Below are positions 1-9,697 of a stretch of DNA of 64,000 nucleotides, one piece after another. The translations under genes were made by a program, and so were the position numbers. Position 1 is the first letter of the stretch. Each line of letters opens with the position of its first letter. Origin of the DNA: Smithellaceae bacterium (GTDB lineage Bacteria > Desulfobacterota > Syntrophia > Syntrophales > Smithellaceae); NCBI GenBank assembly GCA_963667845.2, contig CAXXVL010000001.1, forward strand, positions 971,744-1,035,743, given 5' to 3'. The notes below the pieces were generated by a model, which was not told the origin of the DNA, ran no database searches, and worked only from the letters and a program-made list of their open reading frames with translations.

Positions 1-520
1 GTGAGTGATTGGTGACATCTATTTGTAAATTGGCACCCAGGCCGAAATAGCGATAAATGGCACCATCAAGTTCGTGAAGATGGGTCAATTGGGTTGCTTT
101 TCCGTCCCGAATCAGTAAGGCAACCGTATCGCCGGCGTGAAAGACGAAGAGTTTTTTATCATGAATCCAGATAACGCTTCCCGCGCAGCCACCAAGAGGG
201 CGATCTGTTCCGGGCATGAATCCCCAGTCGAAGACCTCTTTATTCGCCGAAAAAAGCAGATCATGGATGCCTTCCCATGTGACGGCACAGGATTCGGGGC
301 GTGAGTAATATGTGAGTAGCGCATCACACATATGCTGGGCGGAATGCATCCCCTCCGGCGCACTTCCGATACCGTCGAAAACAGCAAATATTTCTCCGCG
401 TTCTTGACGTTTAACCACACGTTTTGTCAGGGGAAAGAGAGCGTAACGGTCTTCACAATGTTTGTGTTTCGGCCCTTTGGAAAAGGCGACGGCGGCACAT
501 CCAAGTCTTTCTGATTCCAT
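1..520 (-). CDS. PP2C-family Ser/Thr protein phosphatase, 3' end outside window
   Basis: Not in the ORF track. Manual translation from ATG at 520 (RBS AAGGAGG upstream) gives MESERLGCAAVAFSKGPKHKHCEDRY...IFAVFDGIGSAPEG...FVFHAGDT...QLTHLH, open to the window edge, with the PP2C ED, DGxG and GD motifs. Confidence 0.8.
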   Translation of the reverse strand, partial: MESERLGCAAVAFSKGPKHKHCEDRYALFPLTKRVVKRQERGEIFAVFDGIGSAPEGMHSAQHMCDALLTYYSRPESCAVTWEGIHDLLFSANKEVFDWGFMPGTDRPLGGCAGSVIWIHDKKLFVFHAGDTVALLIRDGKATQLTHLHELDGAIYRYFGLGANLQIDVTNHS

Positions 521-926
521 GAAGTCAGATACCTCCTTTATTGAAAGAATTGTGCATGGTGAATGTTTGTTTGATTCATTAGTTTATATAAACGATGTTT
601 AAATAGATAGATAACAGGGAAGTCACCGAATAGTTATAAGTTGCAAAAAAAGCATTCCCAATTCAAACGTTGTTACAATTTGCATCGCAGTAATTTGAAC
701 TAAGGTCACTATCACCACGTTCTTACTAATAATTAATCGCATAATAATTAAGTACTATTTGTCCACCTTCCACGAATATTTTGTAATAAAGATGAATTAT
801 CCGCGTTTGTAAATCATAACAGACATCAAATAAAAAAATCTTTTTCAGCTGCTGTAATTATTCCCGACAAAAGATGTTATTAGTTGTTGACGCGTAAACC
901 AATAAAAGTTCGGGTGGAAATTGATC

Positions 927-1040
927 TTATCAAAAAGAGAAATTTAAAATATTGAGCTGCTTAAAAAAGTCAATACCTCATGGGAAATCGCAAGGATTTT
1001 TAAAGGTAAGTGAGCGAACTGTAAATATTCATGTCAACTA
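927..1040 (+). pseudogene. Decayed LuxR-type HTH remnant
   Basis: Across about 3 indels reads LSKREI-KILSCLKK-NTSWEIARI-KVSERTVNIHVN, the LuxR HTH signature. Confidence 0.65.
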
Positions 1041-1175
1041 TGACAGGTTACAGAAAGTATTATTTGTTTTAATAACCGTTCGCAATTGAAAAAATATCAA
1101 ACGAAAATATTATTTCAGACACTGTTATTTACCTCAATAATAAACGTTATTAGGTTTAAAGAGTAAGTCAATGAG

Positions 1176-2180
1176 GTGGAATGGATGAGGCAGTATGGTA
1201 TTCGTACAGAAAGAGGCTCGCTGTCGGTTTACGTATTAGCGCCGGAGAGATTCAACGGTGAATACGATAAAAGAAGTCCGCTTTATGTTCTGGGAACGCT
1301 GATGGTCAGTAGTCTGGCCATGATGGGTAATCTGTGCAAGGCATTATATAGAAGATCCAGAAACGGGTACGGTCCGTTGGGCAGATATCTCAGTGAGATG
1401 GGGCGGGATGAAGAACATGTGTCAAGTTTTGCCGTGGACCGTTTCAGCCGGTTCAATCATCAGGCCAAGTATGGTGCGGCCGGGTGGCGCTCACTTGATA
1501 TGTTTTATAACTACCATGAGAAAATCAAACCCCAACTGAACGGTGATTTTGAGGGCTGGCTAACCCGTCACTGGATGGGCAAGTTTGAAAACCGTCAGGC
1601 TGTAACCAACCGATTTAAAATTTCCATCAATACACTGGTTAAGGCTATCGAGAACTTTGCGGCGGAAAAAGAAATCCGGATTCTTTCCCTTGCCTCCGGC
1701 TCCGTGCAGGCCGCGGTGGAAGCCATGAAGAAGTGCCCGCAACTGAATGTCAAAGCCGTGTTGATTGAAGCGGATATCAGCGCGATTGAAGAAGCGAAAA
1801 AGCTTGTAGTGGAAGCCGGGTTTAATGATCATTTTTCCTTTGTTCACGATACGAGCAATGCGCTGGAAAAAGTTACCGGGGCATTTATGCCGCATATCAT
1901 TGAGATGGTGGGATTCCTGGACTACTGTCCCCGCCAGCAAGCCATTGCCTTGATTAATCGCATTAGAATGAGATTGCCTGTCGGCAGTGTATTCATTACC
2001 TGCAATATCCGCCCCAACCGGGAAAAGATATTCCTCGACTGGGTGCTACTGTGGCCGATGATCTATCGCACCGAGCATGAATTGGCGGACCTGATCGTTA
2101 AAGGCGGTTTTTCACCGAAAAAGACGCAATTGATTTATGAGCCGTTTCAGATTCACGGCATCGCTGTGTGTAGGAAATAG
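1176..2180 (+). CDS. Class I SAM-dependent methyltransferase family protein
   Basis: 334 aa; ILSLASGS (motif I), LIEAD (acidic motif II), EMVGFLDY. Confidence 0.7.
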   Translation: MEWMRQYGIRTERGSLSVYVLAPERFNGEYDKRSPLYVLGTLMVSSLAMMGNLCKALYRRSRNGYGPLGRYLSEMGRDEEHVSSFAVDRFSRFNHQAKYGAAGWRSLDMFYNYHEKIKPQLNGDFEGWLTRHWMGKFENRQAVTNRFKISINTLVKAIENFAAEKEIRILSLASGSVQAAVEAMKKCPQLNVKAVLIEADISAIEEAKKLVVEAGFNDHFSFVHDTSNALEKVTGAFMPHIIEMVGFLDYCPRQQAIALINRIRMRLPVGSVFITCNIRPNREKIFLDWVLLWPMIYRTEHELADLIVKGGFSPKKTQLIYEPFQIHGIAVCRK

Positions 2181-2182
2181 AT

Positions 2183-2572
2183 ATGGGTTACGGTGAGAAG
2201 GTATTTATGGCAACCATCATTCAGATTGATTTTAAACTAATAGATGAAAGAGTTAAACATTACCTTAAGGTAAAAAAAAGGCAAAAGAAAATCTCGACGG
2301 GTGATGTTATTGCCCTGCTGACGGTTTTGGAAGGAGCCTCTTTCCCATCTGTTCCTGACAGAATCAACGAACCGGAGGAACAAATTGATTATAGGAAGGT
2401 TCAGTCATCTTTATCGAATCAAGGTAATCCCCTTTGTAAGACCTTTACCAAACTAGAATATTGGTTTCAGATCTCACAGATAATCAATGGTGAAAAGTTA
2501 GAGGCAAACCAGGCAAGAACGGAACTTGCAAAAATTATGGTAAACTTTATATGCCGAAGCAAAACAATATAG
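2183..2572 (+). CDS. Hypothetical protein
   Basis: 129-aa ORF starting 2 nt after the upstream stop and overlapping the next gene. Confidence 0.5.
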   Translation: MGYGEKVFMATIIQIDFKLIDERVKHYLKVKKRQKKISTGDVIALLTVLEGASFPSVPDRINEPEEQIDYRKVQSSLSNQGNPLCKTFTKLEYWFQISQIINGEKLEANQARTELAKIMVNFICRSKTI

Positions 2573-3027
2573 TCTCTCCAATAATTATATCGCATAGAAT
2601 ATTACTTGTTGAAGACGACCAAGAACGCGTAAACACGTTAATTTCTTATATGCCGAAATATGTCAAGGTAGTACATGGTGTATCGGCGGGCAGAGCGATT
2701 GGTATTTTAAGAGTTGATCATAGAACCCGCAGGGACAAGTCGCCTTATTGTGGTATTATGCTTGATCATGATCTGCAAGAACAAATCGTTTGTATAGAAG
2801 ACGGCCAGTTATCCGGCATGAACGTAGAGGACGTTATCATAAATTGTGTTCCTCGCAATGTTCCCAGCCTTGTCCACTCAATGAATCTATCTGAAGCACC
2901 TATGATGGTCAAGAAGCTCAAAAGTGCCGGTTTTAGTGTTACAAGGATGCCGATGAGGGAAATGACTGAAGCAAAGCTTTTAGCGTGGCTGGAGGATGAG
3001 TGTGAAATCAATGATGATAATATCTAA
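2551..3027 (+). CDS. Atypical receiver-domain protein (cyclic-phosphate-processing receiver, cREC-like)
   Basis: ILLVEDD...MLDHDL...SG...VHSMN; LDHDL and HSxN are characteristic of cREC rather than CheY-like receivers. Confidence 0.6.
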   Translation: MPKQNNIVSPIIISHRILLVEDDQERVNTLISYMPKYVKVVHGVSAGRAIGILRVDHRTRRDKSPYCGIMLDHDLQEQIVCIEDGQLSGMNVEDVIINCVPRNVPSLVHSMNLSEAPMMVKKLKSAGFSVTRMPMREMTEAKLLAWLEDECEINDDNI

Positions 3028-3604
3028 GATTCGACAGCTTGATACGAGACTGATCCATGATTTCAAAGAAACCTATTTGAAAACGCCGGAAGAAGGCTTT
3101 TCTGAACGTATACAGATGACCACATTTGCGGTTGCATCTATATTAATCACTCTTGCTCACGAATTAATATACATGATCGCAATATTTTCTGCTAGCAGCA
3201 TCTTTTTCTCTACATGGGCAATCTATACGTGGCGCACGTTTTATATCTTGACGAAAGAGGGGAAAAATATGGACGAACCATTTTTTATCTATGGTCCTGT
3301 AAGTCCACTTAGAATCTGCGCTTTCATCCCGGCTGTCATTTTTATGTTTTTATTATTTATTATGCCGCGTATGATACCAGCTATGCCTGAATGTACCTGG
3401 CATAAAACTGTAATCAGACCAATCAGTATCTTATACTCTATTGCCCTTTCAATTGTAATGGTGGAGTTTATCCGATTTGTCGGTGCTCATAAGAATTGGA
3501 ATCTGAGCCGTCATTTTATGTATGTCTTTTTGTTAATGGTTGTGAGTTTTATTTACTTTGTCTTCATCACACACAGGATGTACAATATCCACTATGAATT
3601 TTAA
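2996..3604 (+). CDS. Hypothetical membrane protein (start may be 3011)
   Basis: 202 aa with about 5 hydrophobic segments; operon-like spacing. Confidence 0.55.
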   Translation: MSVKSMMIISKIRQLDTRLIHDFKETYLKTPEEGFSERIQMTTFAVASILITLAHELIYMIAIFSASSIFFSTWAIYTWRTFYILTKEGKNMDEPFFIYGPVSPLRICAFIPAVIFMFLLFIMPRMIPAMPECTWHKTVIRPISILYSIALSIVMVEFIRFVGAHKNWNLSRHFMYVFLLMVVSFIYFVFITHRMYNIHYEF

Positions 3605-3619
3605 TTTAGAGACAATAAA

Positions 3620-5128
3620 ATGAAAAATGCTTCGTTTGAAATACCTTACCGGCTGGACACGGTTGAAGACATAAAAAAGGCTCTGAACAGTAATCTCCTT
3701 GGAATGAGATCTGATTATCGAAACCTCATGGCCTGGGCTGAAAAAGCAACTCTTCATCATCCTCCGGCCCTTACTCAGGCCAAGAATAAGGTTACTAAGG
3801 AGTTTGTGAAAATACATGAGGAAAAAATCAAGGATGTCAAAATCTCTTTTCATCAGGTTGCCAATCTGCCGTTGGTGGACTATTACCCATTGATCATAGG
3901 TGCTATTCCCTGGGTTCAAAAAATTGCTTGTCATGAAAACTTGTTTCAATATTTTCATTCCCTACCGGTGGAGATTCGTGAGCGCTGTCTGCTTGTGGCG
4001 ATTCCGGATTCGCCCACGGGAATGTATGCCGCCGTACTCGCCATCCGCAAACTTTTGCGACGGGAAATGGTCGTTTATCTGAAGGCCCAAAAGACATCAA
4101 TGCTCAGCCTCACGCAATTAAAACAGAGCCTTGTTGCCTTAACCATATTCGCGGCAAATAACGAGGATATCCTCAGTGCCATGAAAACAGAAAAAACAGA
4201 TGCGAGCGTCCAGATTCATCAAAATGCTGTGGCGGAGATTCTTTTTGCAAGATTGCCGCAAACAATTCGCGGATTGTTGGCCAAAGAGGTTGGCAACCTG
4301 GCCCAAAAACTGTCTTCAAAGATGTCCAAACTCAACTTTACATCACGCCATATTATGAACTTGATGGGCTACGTCAAACCAAACATGACTTTTGATGACC
4401 TGTTGATAGCTATGGACAGGATTGATGGTGTGGCCATGAAAATATCCGCCCCCCAGGAATCAAAAGACAGACTTCATGATTATATAGGGTCGCTGAAGAG
4501 AAACATACAACGCGCTCCCTTGCTTTACAGAACCCTTTTCCTCACGGGGGAGCTGGACAAATATCAGCAGCTTTATCGTCCTACAAAGGTCATGTGTTCT
4601 GAAGAAACTGTGAATACTAGGACCGTCAATCACTTTACAAGACTCAGTACACTGGATTTCTATCCTACCAAAGACTATCTTGATTATCTTAAAGGAAGTA
4701 TCTCCAATGATTGCACCGGGACTTCACTTGGAGAAAAGCATTTGTTGACACCACAGTTCTTCAATATCCGGATATTCAAGAATGAAGATTGGATTGGCAA
4801 TATATACATGCTTGATTTCTGTCAGGACCAAGGGGCATTACTCATCGATCGCATACAGATTTCCAGAAGCCTTAATGTCTTTTATGGTCAATTTTTTGAT
4901 TACCTCAGAGATATGCTAATCGAGATGTTCAATAGCGTTCAATATAGATACATCCTGATGCCTTTAACTATTTCCAATCATGAAACGATACAAAAGATTT
5001 TCAACGAATACAGAAAAGGGTTATCCAAAAAAACCAAGCTGCATGATTCTTCATATAGCATGTATTTTGAAAGCCTGAGAGGCAGAAAATCCTATTATGT
5101 GCTATATGAACGGCCAGAGGAGAGATAG
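3620..5128 (+). CDS. Hypothetical protein, 502 aa
   Basis: Long ORF; helical N-terminus, alpha/beta C-terminus (KGSISNDCTG, WIGNIYML, LLIDRIQ); no family recognised. Confidence 0.7.
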   Translation: MKNASFEIPYRLDTVEDIKKALNSNLLGMRSDYRNLMAWAEKATLHHPPALTQAKNKVTKEFVKIHEEKIKDVKISFHQVANLPLVDYYPLIIGAIPWVQKIACHENLFQYFHSLPVEIRERCLLVAIPDSPTGMYAAVLAIRKLLRREMVVYLKAQKTSMLSLTQLKQSLVALTIFAANNEDILSAMKTEKTDASVQIHQNAVAEILFARLPQTIRGLLAKEVGNLAQKLSSKMSKLNFTSRHIMNLMGYVKPNMTFDDLLIAMDRIDGVAMKISAPQESKDRLHDYIGSLKRNIQRAPLLYRTLFLTGELDKYQQLYRPTKVMCSEETVNTRTVNHFTRLSTLDFYPTKDYLDYLKGSISNDCTGTSLGEKHLLTPQFFNIRIFKNEDWIGNIYMLDFCQDQGALLIDRIQISRSLNVFYGQFFDYLRDMLIEMFNSVQYRYILMPLTISNHETIQKIFNEYRKGLSKKTKLHDSSYSMYFESLRGRKSYYVLYERPEER

Positions 5129-5204
5129 TAAAAAGAATTGGCTGATCATTATCTTGACTGATTGAAGATTCCTGTGCAAACTATAAACAGATGAACGTGT
5201 CGGG

Positions 5205-5525
5205 ATGGTTATGAACGAAGAACAAATTAAATCAGACGAAAATGTTGCTGAAAAAGAGCGACTGGAGACTAAAGAACCCTCACTCTATCGGGTAATCCTT
5301 CTTAACGATGACTATACCTCCATGGAATTCGTAATCCATGTGCTGGAAACTGTGTTCCACAAGTCGCCAGCTGAGGCTACCCAGATAATGCTGAGCATAC
5401 ATAAAAAAGGGGCTGGCATATGTGGTATATATACTTATGAGATTGCCGAGACAAAGGTAGTAACAGTACATGAAATGGCAGTTAAAAATAAATTCCCGTT
5501 GAAATGTACGATGGAGAAGGAATGA
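5205..5525 (+). CDS. clpS: ATP-dependent Clp protease adaptor ClpS
   Basis: [17 protein letters not shown]...IMLSIHKKG...YEIAETK. Confidence 0.95.
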   Translation: MVMNEEQIKSDENVAEKERLETKEPSLYRVILLNDDYTSMEFVIHVLETVFHKSPAEATQIMLSIHKKGAGICGIYTYEIAETKVVTVHEMAVKNKFPLKCTMEKE

Positions 5526-7790
5526 TCAATAAAGAGCTGAGCATGTTGCTGGATGCGACCGTAAAAGATGCAAAAAAAACGGCGGCATGAGTACCTTACC
5601 GCCGAGCATATCCTGTATGCGCTCATCCATGATGAACTAGGCATAGATATCATAACGGGCTGTGGTGGCGATGTCGGCAGAATAAAGGAGGCCATCGAGG
5701 CATTCTTCGCAAAGAACATGCCCGTCCTGCCTCCGGGTAAGAGATCAGACCCTATGCCTGCCCTCGGGTTCCAGAGGGTTATTCAGCAGGCTATAATCCA
5801 TGTCCAATCAGCTGAGAAGGCAGAGGTTGAGGCAGGCGACCTGCTTGCAGCGCTTTATAGTGAACCCGATTCCTTTGCCGCGAATTTTCTCGAGCAGGAA
5901 GGCATCACGCGTCTTGATATACTTAATTACATTTCCCACGGCATCGCCGGCTATATAGAAAATGAACGCAGCGGATCGCCGTTTGAAGAACCGAAGCACG
6001 AATCAGACCCCGCCCAAGTGGAGCCGAAGCGGCCCGTGTCAAAAGATCCCTTGAAACTTTATACCATTAACCTGATCGAAAAGGCTGCTGCAGGGGAGAT
6101 CGACCCCCTGGTAGGTCGCGAAGACGAACTTACGCGCACCATACAGGTGCTCTGCAGGCGGCGGAAGAACAACATCGTGTTTGTCGGAGAACCTGGCGTC
6201 GGCAAGACCGCACTTGTCGAAGGTCTTGCACTGAATATACACAAGGGATCTGTCCCTGATCCTCTTAAAGATACAATCATTTACTCGCTCGATATGGGAG
6301 CACTACTTGCGGGCACGAAATACCGGGGCGATTTCGAAGCACGCCTGAAAGCGACGATCAGTGAATTAGCCAAGATCCCCGGCGTCATCCTCTTCATCGA
6401 TGAGATTCATACAATCGTCGGAGCGGGAGCCACAAGCGGCGGTTCAATGGATGCATCGAATATATTGAAGCCGGTGCTGAATTCCGGCAAGCTGCGCTGC
6501 ATTGGCGCCAGCACGTATGAGGAATTCAAAAACCATTTTGAGAAAGACCGTGCCCTTTCGAGGCGGTTCCAGAAGATAGAAATATTTGAGCCCACCATAG
6601 AGGAAACGATTGATATATTGAAAGGTCTGCGTTCTTATTACGAGGATTTCCACGGCGTCAGTTATACAGACGCTGCTATCAAGGCTGCTACCGAACTCTC
6701 GGCAAAATATATAGACGATAAATTTATGCCGGACAAGGCCATTGATGTGATCGATGAAGCAGGCGCGACGCGAAAACTGATTACTGGCGGCAAAAGCAAA
6801 CTTGTTGTCGGCGTAAAGGAAATAGAGCGTATTGTTGCCCATATCGCCAAGATACCTTCCCTGAGCATATCCACGTCCGACACAGATAAATTGAGGGATC
6901 TTGAGACCCAACTCAAGCAGGTGGTCTTTGGACAGGACAGCGCCATCCATTCGCTTGTCTCTGCCATCAAGAGATCCCGTGCAGGGCTCGGCGCTCCTGA
7001 GAAGCCGATTGGCTCCTTTCTCTTTGCGGGGCCTACAGGTGTGGGTAAGACCGAAGTCTCAAAGCAGATGGCAAATGTACTCGGTGTAAAATTCACCCGC
7101 TTCGACATGAGCGAATATATGGAGAAGCACACTGTGGCCAGGCTGATCGGCGCACCACCTGGCTATGTTGGCTTTGACCAGGGCGGTATGCTTACCGATG
7201 CGATAAGAAAACACCCATACTCTGTGCTGTTGCTGGATGAGATCGAAAAAGCGCACCCCGATATCTTCAGCATATTGCTGCAAGTGATGGATTACTCCAC
7301 GCTGACCGACAACAATGGAAAGAAGGCTGACTTCAGGAATGTCATCCTTATTATGACCTCCAATGCTGGCACCAAGGAAATGAATATAGGGACTATCGGA
7401 TTCGGCGACAGAAAAGATGATGCAAGATCAAAGGGCAGCAAAGCGATAAAAAAACTCTTTAACCCTGAATTCAGAAATCGGCTTGATGCGATCATTACCT
7501 TCAACCCGCTTTCCCCCATAGTCATGAAAATGGTAGTCGACAAGTTTATTAATGACCTGGGCAAGCAGCTCGGAGGGAAAAAGGTCAGGATGGACGTAAC
7601 CGATGCCGTCAGAGACTGGCTGGCTCAAAAGGGATACGATGATAAATTCGGCGCAAGGCCACTGGCCAGGCTCATCCAGACAGAGATTAAGGATGCACTC
7701 TCCGAGGAGTTGCTCTTCGGCAAATTGAAAAAAGGCGGCAGCGTAACTGTTGACCTTAAAGAGGGACAGCTTGAATTCAAATATAGTTGA
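5522..7790 (+). CDS. clpA: Clp protease ATPase ClpA (one +1 frameshift in the A8 run at 5572-5579)
   Basis: Two AAA+ modules ([16 protein letters not shown]). N-terminus [19 protein letters not shown] starts at ATG 5522, overlapping the clpS stop, and joins RRHEYLT after removing one A. Confidence 0.92.
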
Positions 7791-7828
7791 TCACTGTAAT
7801 GCGGAAGTACTTCCTTTAAATTAATAAT

Positions 7829-8503
7829 ATGCCCGTTTATAAACTGACCAAAAAACTTGTTTTCCCGCCGCCCGAACTGGCCGACGACGACGGCTTGCTC
7901 GCGGTTGGCGGCGACCTGAGCGTTGACCGGTTGGTACTCGCCTATTCAATGGGGATCTTCCCGTGGTATTCTGACAAAGATCCGATACTATGGTGGTCGC
8001 CTGATCCTCGCCTCGTTATAATTCCTGAGGAGCTAAAGGTTTCTCGCAGCCTGAGACAAACCATTAAAAAAGGCATTTACCGCGTTACAACCAATGCCGC
8101 CTTTGAAGACGTTATCAGAAACTGCGCCACCATAAGCAGAAAAGAAGAAGGCACATGGATAACCGATGATATGATAGAGGCATATATCAGGCTGCATAAG
8201 GCGGGTTATGCCCATTCTGTCGAGGCATGGGATGGCGATGAAATTGCTGGCGGTTTCTATGGACTTATGATGGGCAAGGCTTTTTTCGGGGAATCGATGT
8301 TTGCAAAAAAGAGCGACGCATCAAAGGTTGCCTTTGCCACATACGCTTTAGCGCTTGGGGAAAATGGCTTTGAACTCATCGACTGTCAGGTCACCACAGA
8401 GCACATGAAAAGATTCGGTGCGAGAGAAATCCCCCGAACTGAATTTATGAAACGTCTTGAAAAAGCTCTGGATGTGGGTAAATTCAATTATAATGTAACA
8501 TAA
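7829..8503 (+). CDS. aat: Leucyl/phenylalanyl-tRNA-protein transferase
   Basis: GLLAVGGDLS, GIFPWY, WWSPDPR, FFGESMF, DASKVA. Confidence 0.95.
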   Translation: MPVYKLTKKLVFPPPELADDDGLLAVGGDLSVDRLVLAYSMGIFPWYSDKDPILWWSPDPRLVIIPEELKVSRSLRQTIKKGIYRVTTNAAFEDVIRNCATISRKEEGTWITDDMIEAYIRLHKAGYAHSVEAWDGDEIAGGFYGLMMGKAFFGESMFAKKSDASKVAFATYALALGENGFELIDCQVTTEHMKRFGAREIPRTEFMKRLEKALDVGKFNYNVT

Positions 8504-8531
8504 AGTATATTTTATAAAGATAACAAAATAG

Positions 8532-8564
8532 GGTAGTGGGCCAGTTTGAAACTGACCCACTACC
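8532..8564. repeat. 33-bp palindrome flanked by AAATAG direct repeats (minimal MITE-like insertion)
   Basis: GGTAGTGGGCCAGTTT-G-AAACTGACCCACTACC (15/16 complementary); AAATAG at 8526-8531 and 8565-8570. Confidence 0.7.
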
Positions 8565-8840
8565 AAATAGGCATGAAAAACTAAGTGGTATTTTCATGAC
8601 AAATTTAGAAATAATGCAGTGCCAAAATCTCTATTACCACTTACAAGGACCCCACTAGTTAAAAAAAATTAAAAATAACGTCTTTCACTTGGAAAATCAG
8701 TAAGTATTTTAAAATTATTTGTCTGTATGTGCTTTCCAAACCCTTACGGATTGATAAAATTCTCATTCAGTGCCCATCTTTTTCATTTCCATATTTCTTT
8801 CGCAACAATTATAATTTAGTACCCATTTGGGGCGCAAGAA

Positions 8841-9236
8841 TTGACGAGAAAGGACTGGATTTCCTATGCAAACAGAGCGTTGCTGTCCATACGAACAGCG
8901 ATAATGCTGCTCTCAACTGAAAGGAGACCCATCACGGCAAATATCAGGAATAGCAAGAAAAACGTAAAAAGGAACAAACCTCGAAAGACGCATGCTGAAT
9001 CCATTGAAAAAAATCGAATTCGAAAGAACAAGACGCGAGAAGAGTCCAAGCAGGCGATGCTGATTAAGCTGCTGCAGCGCCCCAGTGGTGCCACAATCGA
9101 CGAGCTAGCCGAGGCAACTGATTGGCAACGGCATAGTATCCGCGGGACGATGTCCGGGGTATTGAAAAAGCGGCTAGGACTCTCCATTGCTTCTGAAAAA
9201 GAAGAACGCGGACTAGTTTATCGTATCGCTGCCTGA
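8841..9236 (+). CDS. DUF3489-like HTH protein (start uncertain)
   Basis: SKQAMLIKLLQRPSGATIDEL..ATDWQRHSIRG..SG.LKKRLGL; the best RBS (AAGGAG) precedes an in-frame ACG at 8934. Confidence 0.75.
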   Translation: MTRKDWISYANRALLSIRTAIMLLSTERRPITANIRNSKKNVKRNKPRKTHAESIEKNRIRKNKTREESKQAMLIKLLQRPSGATIDELAEATDWQRHSIRGTMSGVLKKRLGLSIASEKEERGLVYRIAA

Positions 9237-9241
9237 GCCTT

Positions 9242-9697
9242 ATGAAGCACTGTTTATCTCTTAATACAGGAAATCTTGCCGGTGAATCGGCCAGTCTTCC
9301 TGCACTTGACCGCACAGCGCTGATAGAAAAATGGCGTGCTCTCTATGATACAGAACCACCGGTTGGCATCTCGAATAAATTCCTAATGCATGCCATCGCT
9401 CACCGGATGCAGGAACAGACATTGGGTGGACTTAAGCCCGCCACTCGTCGCTTTCTAGAAAAAGCTGCAGAGAATAATACATCCAGGCAGCAGATATCTC
9501 CCTTAATCAGTATTAAACCAGGTACACGATTATTGCGTGAGTGGCATGGCGTGACATATGAGGTGATCATCATGGAGGATGGCGTACAGTGCAATGGCAA
9601 ATGTTACCGTTCTCTCTCCGAAGTAGCGAGGGCCATCACGGGTGCACGCTGGTCAGGTCCTCTGTTCTTCGGGCTGAAGAAACAGGAGGTTGCATGA
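9242..9697 (+). CDS. DUF2924-like protein
   Basis: PGTRLLREWHG...YRSLSEVARAITGARWSGPLFFGL. Confidence 0.8.
   Translation: MKHCLSLNTGNLAGESASLPALDRTALIEKWRALYDTEPPVGISNKFLMHAIAHRMQEQTLGGLKPATRRFLEKAAENNTSRQQISPLISIKPGTRLLREWHGVTYEVIIMEDGVQCNGKCYRSLSEVARAITGARWSGPLFFGLKKQEVA

Noticed and set aside
112..514. ORF-track calls 112-420 (-) and 332-514 (+)
   Set aside because: Alternative frames of the PP2C gene
9589..9693. N-terminal extension of the recombinase
   Set aside because: Overlaps DUF2924; ATG 9694 has the RBS and typical start
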